From IMG/VR virus record IMGVR_UViG_3300036860_000542, positions 1 through 64,000 of that record: a stretch of DNA of 64,000 nucleotides; one strand, written 5' to 3'. This DNA is from a virus. The notes under the pieces were generated by a model. It did not search any database, was not told the DNA's origin, and saw nothing but the letters and a program-made list of their open reading frames with translations. Positions 56,343-64,000 of the stretch are shown piece after piece (within the stretch, counting starts at the first letter, position 1; every line of letters starts with the position of its first letter). Made by a program: the position numbers and the translations under genes.

Positions 56343-57509
56343 ATGGCACTCTTCCATCACGATCACCGCAACTACGACGAGGCCGCTTCCGAGGCCGCCA
56401 AGCGGGCGCGCAAGCACCTCGAAGAGCAGATCGAGGCCGGCAAGGCCAAGGCCCTGGCCGTCATCGACAAGGTCATCGACGAGACCCCGAAGGACAAGAT
56501 CGTCCGCGTCGATCGGCTGGAGTTCGACGCCAAGCCGAACGGCCAGCAAGTCGCCGTCTACGAGGGTCGCAAGCCGCGAACCATCGAGGGCGCCGACCTC
56601 GTCATCAATCCCGCGGAGAACGGCTGGGAACGTCTGCACCGCAACGCCCTCGGCCAGATGGCCGAGCGGGCGGGCATCCCGATGTCGTACATCTCCACCC
56701 TGGAGAATCAGGGTCTGTGGGGAAAGAAGCTGATCGCGGAGAACCTCCGCCAGCTCTTCGACCACAAGGCGGATGAGAAGTACCTCCTCCGCTCCGTCCA
56801 CAACGAGGTGCGCGGCTTCCTGAGCAACAAGTACCGGCGCCTCAACACCCAGCAGCTCATCGAGACCGCGACCAAGGCGTTCAGGGAGCTTGGTCTGGTC
56901 CCGGTGGACGGCATCGGCACCGACACCCGCATCCGCATTCGCGCCCTCCTCCCCGTCATCTTCGAGCCGGTCCCGGGCGAGATCATCTGCTACGGCCTCG
57001 ATTGGGGCCAGAGCGACTTCGGCAACGGCGCGCACGTCGCGTCGGCCTTCATGGATCGCCTCTGGTGCACCAACACGGGTGTGATGCACTCGCAACTCCG
57101 TGAGGTCCACCTCGGCACCCGCCTCTCCGAGGACATCGCGTGGTCCGATCGGACCTACAAGCTGGACAGCGATCGGTCCGCCTCGATGCTCGAGGACATG
57201 ATCAAGGGCGCCCTCTCCCCGGCCAAGGTCGAAGAGATGAACGCACTCATCGTCCAGGCCGACGCCGAGAAGGTGGAGTCCAGGGACGTGGACGCCTACC
57301 TCAAGAAGAACCTCACCAAGGGCCTCGCCGAGAAGGTCTCCGAGGCCTTCCGATCGAACGACGTCGAGATGTTGCCCCCGGGCAACACCAAGTGGCGGCT
57401 GTCGAACGCTCTGTCCTGGATCGCCCAGAAGGTCGAGGACAAGGAGCAGACGCTGGATCTCCAGCGTCTCGCCGGCCAGGTCGTCGAGGGTCTCCAGAAG
57501 GCGGCGTAG
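56343..57509 (+). CDS. DUF932-family protein
   Basis: VRGFLS.KY..L, S..G.G, RLWCTN, H.G, W.L.NA.S..A. Confidence 0.75.
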   Translation: MALFHHDHRNYDEAASEAAKRARKHLEEQIEAGKAKALAVIDKVIDETPKDKIVRVDRLEFDAKPNGQQVAVYEGRKPRTIEGADLVINPAENGWERLHRNALGQMAERAGIPMSYISTLENQGLWGKKLIAENLRQLFDHKADEKYLLRSVHNEVRGFLSNKYRRLNTQQLIETATKAFRELGLVPVDGIGTDTRIRIRALLPVIFEPVPGEIICYGLDWGQSDFGNGAHVASAFMDRLWCTNTGVMHSQLREVHLGTRLSEDIAWSDRTYKLDSDRSASMLEDMIKGALSPAKVEEMNALIVQADAEKVESRDVDAYLKKNLTKGLAEKVSEAFRSNDVEMLPPGNTKWRLSNALSWIAQKVEDKEQTLDLQRLAGQVVEGLQKAA

Positions 57510-57518
57510 AACGGTCTG

Positions 57519-57591
57519 TAGTCCCCCCAGGGGTTGCGAGCCGCAATGCGGAAGGCGACCAAGCCAAGGTTCGCAACCTCGCTGGGGACTA
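57519..57591 (+). other. long branched intergenic hairpin
   Basis: TAGTCCCC/GGGGACTA and GGGTTGCGAGCC/GGTTCGCAACCT arms. Confidence 0.65.
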
Positions 57592-57608
57592 TCGAAAAGG
57601 GGTGAACG

Positions 57609-58946
57609 ATGAAACGCATCGAGTTGACGATCAAGGTGGACTACCTTCCGACCTGGGGCTTGTGGGAGGGGGTCCGAGAGCTGGTTCAGAACGCTCGAGA
57701 CGCGGAGATCGAGCATCAGGCCAGTCTCGTCGCTTTCCACAACGGGACCACGAACACGCTCACGATCAAGAACGATGGGGTGGACCTTCCCCACGAGGCC
57801 CTGCTCCTCGGCCACACGACCAAGAACGAGCGGACCGACACGATCGGGAAGTTTGGCGAGGGTCTCAAGCTGGGAGTCCTAGCCCTCGTCCGCGCCGGTC
57901 ACAAGGTCGTCATCCACACAGGCAGGGAGATCTGGAAGCCTGCGCTCGTCCCCTCCACGCAATTCGAGGGCTCGACGGTCCTGGCCTTCACGATCGAGCG
58001 TCGGCCGCGCCGCACCTCGCCACAGGTGCGCGTGGACGTCTGCGACATCGACGAGGAGGCCTGGAAGGACATGAAGCGGTCGTTCCTCTTCCTGTCCGAA
58101 CGGAAGGACGACGACACCGTGGTCACGGCCAACGGAACGCTCCTCCTCGCGCCGCGCATGAAGGGGCGTGTCCACGTCAAGGGGATCTTCGTCCAGGCGA
58201 AGTCTCGCCTCGAGTACGGCTACGACATGACCGGCGACGTGGAGCTGGACCGAGACCGGCGCATCGTGGCGAGTTGGGATCTCGAGAACCGTCTCGGAGC
58301 GATCTGGAACGAGGCTGTGCAGCTTCGGCCGGACCTGCTCGATCCCTTCTACAAGCTGTTGGAGGAGGGCAAGGAGGACGTCTACCGCTTCCACTATTCG
58401 GCCAACGTCTCGGATCAGGTGGCCATCCAGGTCACCGACAAATTCCAGGGACGATTCGGCACGGACGCCGTCCCGGTCTCCAACCTGGGGGACAGCAAGA
58501 CGATCGAGCACTTCGGCAAGCGTGGGATCGTGGTCTCCAAGCCGCTCGCCAACATCCTCCACGTGACGCTCGGGGACATCGAGGAGGTCAAGAAGAAGCT
58601 GGCCGAGGAGGTTGTGGAGCACTTCTCGTGGGGAGACCTATCCGATGTCGAGCGGACCCATCTCGAGCGGGCTGTCGAGCTCTTGGATGGACGTTGCTCT
58701 CTCAACGACGTGGACGTCGTCCGCTTCCGCAGTGCGAACCTCCTCGGCCAATACAAGGTCGGGCGGCTCCTCCTCGCGAAGCGCATCCTCGACACGTTCA
58801 AGACCACCCTCGCGACCCTGGTCCACGAGGTTGCTCACAACAACGGCGGCGACGGCGAGAAGGGCCACGTTGCGGCGCTGGAAGCGATCTGGTCCGACAT
58901 CGTCATCCGAGTCCTGGAAGGAGGCAGTCATGGCAGCACACACTAA
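57609..58946 (+). CDS. GHKL-type ATPase with C-terminal HExxH motif
   Basis: RELVQNARD, NDG, IGKFGEGLK; TLVHEVAH. Confidence 0.8.
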   Translation: MKRIELTIKVDYLPTWGLWEGVRELVQNARDAEIEHQASLVAFHNGTTNTLTIKNDGVDLPHEALLLGHTTKNERTDTIGKFGEGLKLGVLALVRAGHKVVIHTGREIWKPALVPSTQFEGSTVLAFTIERRPRRTSPQVRVDVCDIDEEAWKDMKRSFLFLSERKDDDTVVTANGTLLLAPRMKGRVHVKGIFVQAKSRLEYGYDMTGDVELDRDRRIVASWDLENRLGAIWNEAVQLRPDLLDPFYKLLEEGKEDVYRFHYSANVSDQVAIQVTDKFQGRFGTDAVPVSNLGDSKTIEHFGKRGIVVSKPLANILHVTLGDIEEVKKKLAEEVVEHFSWGDLSDVERTHLERAVELLDGRCSLNDVDVVRFRSANLLGQYKVGRLLLAKRILDTFKTTLATLVHEVAHNNGGDGEKGHVAALEAIWSDIVIRVLEGGSHGSTH

Positions 58947-59895
58947 GGCGGAACGCATCACCCGAACGAGGATGGATACCATCCTCATCACCGCTCGCAT
59001 GATCGAATCCTGGAAGGCTCCTCCTTGCCAGCGACGTCTCCGCATCAACGAGAAGGTTCGGAAGCTGTCCGAGCAGATCAAGGCGAGCGGTGGCGTGATC
59101 CCGGGCATCATCCACCTCGCCGTGGTGAACAACGTCACCTACTTGCTCGACGGACAACACCGGATGTACGCCTTCTCCATGTCCGGCTCGGAGGAGGGGT
59201 ACGCCGACGTCTGCTGGCACTACTTCGACGACACGGCGGAGATGGGCATCGAGTTCGACGCGCTCAACTCGCGACTCGTGGCCATGAAACCGGACGATCA
59301 CCTCCGGGCGCAGGAGGAATCGAGTCCCTACCTGCAGTTGATCCGCAAGAGGTGTCCGTTCATCGGCTACGACAACATCCGTCGGTCGGCCACCTCCTCG
59401 CCCGTCGTGTCCATGTCGGCCGCGCTCCGGTGTTGGTTCGGATCGCGACCCGAGGTGCCGACCACGGCGGGCGGGTCCTGCTCGCAGAACCTCGCCGGAG
59501 ATCTCACCGAAGAGGAGACGGAGAACTTCGTCTCGTTCATGACGTGCTGCTTCGCGGCCTGGGGCCGGGACGCGGAGTACCACAAGCTGTGGGGCGGTTT
59601 GACAGTGCTCCTTAGCGCCTGGCTGTACCGGAGGACCGTCATCTCGCAATACTCGCCGAACTCCACGCGACTCGGTCGCGACGTCTTCACCAAGTGCCTC
59701 ATGTCCCTGTCCGCCAACAAGCACTACGTGGACTGGATCGTGGGTCGTCTGGCCAACAGCGAGCGGGATCGTTCGCCGGCCTACACCAAGCTCAAGGCTG
59801 TCTTCACCAAGCGTGTGATGGACGAGACCGGGAAGAAGCCCCGCCTTCCCGCGCCGGCCTGGCAGCTCGGTCACACCAAGGGAGGGGAACCATGA
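58930..59895 (+). CDS. DGQHR/ParB-like domain protein
   Basis: QR, LLDGQHR, F..LN. Confidence 0.75.
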   Translation: MAAHTKAERITRTRMDTILITARMIESWKAPPCQRRLRINEKVRKLSEQIKASGGVIPGIIHLAVVNNVTYLLDGQHRMYAFSMSGSEEGYADVCWHYFDDTAEMGIEFDALNSRLVAMKPDDHLRAQEESSPYLQLIRKRCPFIGYDNIRRSATSSPVVSMSAALRCWFGSRPEVPTTAGGSCSQNLAGDLTEEETENFVSFMTCCFAAWGRDAEYHKLWGGLTVLLSAWLYRRTVISQYSPNSTRLGRDVFTKCLMSLSANKHYVDWIVGRLANSERDRSPAYTKLKAVFTKRVMDETGKKPRLPAPAWQLGHTKGGEP

Positions 59896-60206
59896 CGAAC
59901 GGCGTTCAGACCCCTGAGTTGGACAAGCTCAGGAAGATCTCGCACTACTCACAGAAGATCGGCGAGTTCCTGGAGTGGTTGAAGCGAGCGGGGTTCGTCA
60001 TCGCCGTACGCCACTACCACACCAACGACTGTCGGCCTTCTCGTCCGACCGCGTTCGGCGAGTGCGGCATGCGCGATGGTGACCTGTTCGAGGCCGCCTA
60101 CAGCACGCGAACTCTCCTCGGCCGCTTCTTCAAGCTCGATCTGGACAAGATCGAGTCGGAGAAGCGTGCGTTGCTCGAGGTCATCAAGAAGGGACACGCG
60201 CCGTGA
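59892..60206 (+). CDS. hypothetical protein
   Basis: ATGA overlap; SQ.IGEFLEWL pattern. Confidence 0.6.
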   Translation: MTNGVQTPELDKLRKISHYSQKIGEFLEWLKRAGFVIAVRHYHTNDCRPSRPTAFGECGMRDGDLFEAAYSTRTLLGRFFKLDLDKIESEKRALLEVIKKGHAP

Positions 60207-60432
60207 TGCGCCGCATCGCCGTCTGGCTGCTCGATCGGGCGGAGAAGCTCTACCTGCACGTCCACGGGTGGAAACACACCGGCCCGAACGAGTGGGACTC
60301 GCCCAAAGACCACGAGAAGCGACACGTGGCCATCACCCAGACCCACGCCATCAACTCATGCCGCTACTGGCACGCCCAACGAAGGCGAACCCTCCGGCTC
60401 ATGAAGGGCGGTTTTCTGAAGGAGCGTAAGCC

Positions 60433-60924
60433 ATGAGCGACAACGACTACTGCGAATCTTGTGGGGCCAACCTGCTCCTCACCGGGATGCAGCACAACCC
60501 AAACTGTTCGGACACCTTCGCGCTCGATGAGCCCTACCCACCCCGTATGTCATCCGCTTACGAGTGGAAGCTGAACGAGTGGAAGCGCAGCGGCGCTAAG
60601 GAGGAAGAGATCTTCGAGGCCGGCCCTCTCCGCTTCAACATCAGCCGCGCCAAGCGCATCATCGTCAAGGCGCCTAGGCCCGTGATCCGCCTTCCGCTGG
60701 AACCGTTTGCGACGCTTCTCGAGATCCTAGTGGATCTCGGTCCGTCCATCCCGGGACGGGACTACAACGTCACCTTCCCCATCATCGTCGCGACGCTCAA
60801 ACAAGGTGGGAAGATCCCCATCGACGGGTGGCATCGCATCGATAAGGCCCTGAAGCTTGGACTGGCGTCCATTCCGACGGTGATCCTCACCGTCGAAGAG
60901 ACCAAGGTCGTGAGGAGGAAGTGA
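60433..60924 (+). CDS. ParB/Srx-like domain protein
   Basis: PIIV.....IDGWHR..KA. Confidence 0.65.
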   Translation: MSDNDYCESCGANLLLTGMQHNPNCSDTFALDEPYPPRMSSAYEWKLNEWKRSGAKEEEIFEAGPLRFNISRAKRIIVKAPRPVIRLPLEPFATLLEILVDLGPSIPGRDYNVTFPIIVATLKQGGKIPIDGWHRIDKALKLGLASIPTVILTVEETKVVRRK

Positions 60925-61710
60925 TGCCGTACCGCACCATGAAGCCGATCGATCCGCCGCCGCCCGTGTTGAAGAAGCTGAGCGAGTTCCCGGATACCGT
61001 GGCTGGTCTTCGGGCCCTCATATACGCCGTAAGGGATGCCCCACCTGGAAGCTCTCACTACGGCCTCTATTGGCAGATCAAGGGCTCCTTTCCCGACGAG
61101 CGGTGGTTCCCCAAACTCGTCGCCGCGCTGGGAGATCTCGAGCGTCGCATCATCGCGATCGAACACCAGCTCATCCGATTCGAACTCGGAGGGAGGTAGA
61201 TCATGGACACCAGACCTGGGTTCTCCATCGTCGTGGACATTGGCCATGACAGCGACAGAGCCGGCGGGGACATCCTGGAGGTCTCCCTCTACTGCGCCCG
61301 TTGCAATCGTCTCATCCTGTCCTGGCGACCTCCTACGCCGCTGGACACGATCGAACGCGAGGCCGATCGGCACCCGGCCGAATGCAATCTGGGAAGGAAG
61401 GGAAAACGATGACCGACTTCAGATTCGGAGCGCTACTCCAGCGGGTCGCGGAGGCCATCGAGAGGGTGCAACACTGGGAAGTGATCCGGGACCCCCCGGA
61501 GGGATACGACGTGTACCGAGGGAGCTACCGGGACATCAACGTCTACGTGGGCGGGCACCAGACCCAGGACGCCATCCTGGAGGGGACGGCTGTCTTCCTG
61601 GGAGCGAACCTCCCCATCCTTCGCCTTACCCCGGAGATGGCCCACCGAGCCCTCGAGCTGGCGCGGAGCGCGAGGAGGGCGCAGGCTTCCTGATTCTTGC
61701 GACTCGGAAC

Positions 61711-61740
61711 TTGACATCAACCACGCACGATGTACATGCT
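61711..61740 (+). promoter_or_regulatory. promoter with GATGTACAT box
   Basis: TTGACA-18 nt-CATGCT; box 61729-61737. Confidence 0.6.
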
Positions 61741-61764
61741 GTTCTAACCCAAGGAGCAACCACC

Positions 61765-62697
61765 ATGAGCGAGCTCGTCATGAAGCGTTTCGAAGACCTG
61801 GTCGAGAACAAGTCGGCCGGTTTCACCAATCCCCGCGAGAAGTTCGACGCCAACAAGCTCAAGGAGCTGGCGGCCGACATCAAGGAGCGTGGACTCGTCT
61901 ACCCGCTGCAGGTCTGGGAGGCGGAGTACGAGGGCAAGAAGATGTTCGTCGTGGTCGGCGGCGAGCGTCGGCGCCTGGCGATCGGCATGCTGATCGAGTC
62001 CGGCGACTGGCCGAAGGGTCGCGGCATCGAGTGCCGGCTCGTCAAGGCCACCAACCTCAAGGAGGCGCACTACGAGGCCGTCTCCGACAACCTCCACCGT
62101 GAGGACCTGTCCTCGTACGAGCTCGCCAAGGAAGTTGCGAGTCTCAAGATCCTCGGCGACTCGCAGAAGACGATCGCCCAGCACCTCAACAAGTCCGAGA
62201 CCTGGATCAGCCGCAAGCTGAAAGCATACGAGTCGGCCTCACCGGCTCTGCGCTCCGCCTGGAAGACCGGCAAGGTCCCGGATGACACCGTCGAGGACAT
62301 CGCTTCGCTGCCCGAAGAGGAGCAGGATGACGCCGTCGAGGCGCAGATCAAGCTGCGCGAGAAGGGAACCTCCCAGGCCAAGAAGGCGGCCAAGAAGGCG
62401 GCGAAGAAGAAGGCCAAGAAGCTGCAGCGCGCCTCCACCAGGGAGCTCTCAGCTGTCCTCGCGATCACCGAGAAGGCGCCGAAGGACAACTCCTACCTCC
62501 GCGGCATGAGCGACGCGCTCCGTCTCTCCCTCGGTATGCTCGAGGAAGACGACCTCAAGGGCGACTTCAAGCAGCTCAAGAAGGAGCTCGAGAAGGCCGC
62601 CGCCGTCGAGGAGGCAGAAGCGGAGGCCAAGGCGGAAGCCAAGGCGACGGCGAAGGCCGCGAAGAAGAACGGCAAGGCAGTCGAAGCAGCCGCCTGA
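61765..62697 (+). CDS. ParB/Spo0J-like protein with HTH and Ala/Lys-rich tail
   Basis: NPR..F..L.ELA.DI..RG, GGERR, DNL.REDL, SQ..IA..L.KS..WIS. Confidence 0.85.
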   Translation: MSELVMKRFEDLVENKSAGFTNPREKFDANKLKELAADIKERGLVYPLQVWEAEYEGKKMFVVVGGERRRLAIGMLIESGDWPKGRGIECRLVKATNLKEAHYEAVSDNLHREDLSSYELAKEVASLKILGDSQKTIAQHLNKSETWISRKLKAYESASPALRSAWKTGKVPDDTVEDIASLPEEEQDDAVEAQIKLREKGTSQAKKAAKKAAKKKAKKLQRASTRELSAVLAITEKAPKDNSYLRGMSDALRLSLGMLEEDDLKGDFKQLKKELEKAAAVEEAEAEAKAEAKATAKAAKKNGKAVEAAA

Positions 62698-62720
62698 GAG
62701 GCGGCTAGGAGGGGGAACCC

Positions 62721-63188
62721 ATGCATCCGTTGCTCGTCGAGGCGCGAAGCGCTTCGCTTTCGCGTCGCATCCGCAATGCCATCATAAGGACCTCTCGCAA
62801 GCACGACTTGGCCGTCGTCCGAGGGCCGTGCGGCTACTTCGACACGTGCGGCGCCTCCTGGACAGGTTGGTACCAGACGGCCGGAGACATCGTCTCCGGC
62901 GTCACCGCCAACCAAGTCGTGAAGCTGAACCGGTCTCGAGGCCGGGTGATCTGTCCCATCTGCGCGGTCCTCGCCGACAAGGGCCTCGAGACCCATATCG
63001 GCGGGGACATCGAGGACATGTTCGCCTCGTTGATGGACCTCCACACGCACGAGGTGGTGGGGTTCTTACAGGGGTGGGACGGCGACACCCGAGCGGCCGA
63101 TGCGGAGGACCTGGTCATGTTCAACATGGGCCGCAAGCTGGCTCGTGACCTCGTCGAGGACTTCGACGTGTCGGACGTGTCGTCGTGA
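62721..63188 (+). CDS. hypothetical protein
   Basis: GGAGG SD; CPIC. Confidence 0.55.
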   Translation: MHPLLVEARSASLSRRIRNAIIRTSRKHDLAVVRGPCGYFDTCGASWTGWYQTAGDIVSGVTANQVVKLNRSRGRVICPICAVLADKGLETHIGGDIEDMFASLMDLHTHEVVGFLQGWDGDTRAADAEDLVMFNMGRKLARDLVEDFDVSDVSS

Positions 63189-63633
63189 AGATCGAGCTGA
63201 AGGAAAGCGGCTGCGCCAACCCCTACCACCCCCCGGAGTGCGAGCGGTTGTACCCAGAGTGCATCCGCGACCTTGAAGGACACGTAGTGCTCACCGAGGA
63301 GGAGTGGCTGGACGTGTGCCAGAGGAACATCAGGACCGTCTTCCGTGAGGTGGAGGTCGTGAAGAAGTGCTAATCTGGAGGTGAACGAATGATCGTCTTC
63401 GTCGGAACTCAAGTTTTGGTCTACGCAGGTAGCGATCCGAGGGAGTTCTCCGAGAAGCTGGTCTACCATCGTGTCCTCACGAACGATGAACGACGCAAGC
63501 TCGTCACGTGGGCGAAGGATCGCTTCGGACCCACCGGCCGCATCCTCTTCAAGTCTCTCTCCCCAGACGAACTTGCCCGCGAGATGGCCGAAGCCGAGGC
63601 GTTCATGGACTGGGTGGAAAGGAACAAGGAGCC

Positions 63634-64000
63634 ATGAGCAAGATCCCTGTCAATCCGGGTCCCGCGCACTGGGGTGGTCGTCACGCGGGCGCCTTCCAGC
63701 CGCGTGGCCCCATCAAGGCGTTGGGCAACATTCGCTCGAATCCCGTGGCGTGGGAGAGTGAAGACACCCTATCCGCACGCCTGTTCGTCGGCTTATCTGT
63801 CGGCTCGCAACCCAGGTACACCCTCGACGATCTCATCGGGATCGTTCGTACGATTCGCGAGGAGCAGGCGCCTGAAGACCCGTCCGTCACCTTCCTCGCG
63901 CAGAGAGGCGTCTACAAGTACAAGGCGACCGGCAAGACCGTCGAGGAGGATGGTGGCCAGGTCATCATCATCGACACGCAAGGGATGGCGCCGAAGGCAT
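63634..64000 (+). CDS. hypothetical protein with NP-containing leader (3' truncated, absent from ORF track)
   Basis: AAGGAG SD; MSKIPVNPG...IRSNPVAW...ARLFVG; open to the window end. Confidence 0.65.
   Translation, partial: MSKIPVNPGPAHWGGRHAGAFQPRGPIKALGNIRSNPVAWESEDTLSARLFVGLSVGSQPRYTLDDLIGIVRTIREEQAPEDPSVTFLAQRGVYKYKATGKTVEEDGGQVIIIDTQGMAPKA

Noticed and set aside
56121-59002. Long alternative-frame ORFs (564 aa minus, 620 aa plus)
   Set aside because: They overlap well-supported DUF932 and GHKL genes and have off-frame composition with no motifs

Overview
The whole window reads as one high-GC bacteriophage genome segment, open at both ends, with no host housekeeping genes. (1) 1-16.8 kb, + strand: replication and nucleotide metabolism (SNF2 helicase, Cas4-like exonuclease, Sak4-like ATPase, SSB-like protein, Dda/RecD helicase, divergent ThyX, UDG-PolA fusion, class II RNR, DNA methylase), plus a pseudoknot and a degenerate tRNA-like element. 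(2) 16.7-35.5 kb: accessory region with a receiver-domain protein, a glycan cluster (about 7 glycosyltransferases, gmd/fcl, RmlB-like dehydratase, 2 methyltransferases), a tyrosine recombinase and an RHH repressor. (3) 35.5-51.5 kb, - strand: a morphogenesis block with no recognisable terminase, portal, HK97 capsid or tail genes. It holds two small beta-rich putative single-jelly-roll capsid proteins, a protamine-like Arg-rich polyprotein punctuated by Asn-Pro, about a dozen tail-anchored membrane proteins sharing a (G/S/A)-L/M-G motif, a transglutaminase-fold Cys-His-Asp enzyme and a dual-specificity phosphatase. (4) 51.5-64 kb: a 1 kb non-coding divergence region, then a + strand early region with a boxA-like site, structured RNAs, DUF932, a GHKL ATPase and three ParB/DGQHR-type proteins. 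Best interpretation (inference): a large tailless, membrane-containing phage with a motif-directed proteolytic maturation and cargo-tagging system and its own glycosylation pathway. All family calls are by eye from motifs; no searches were run.
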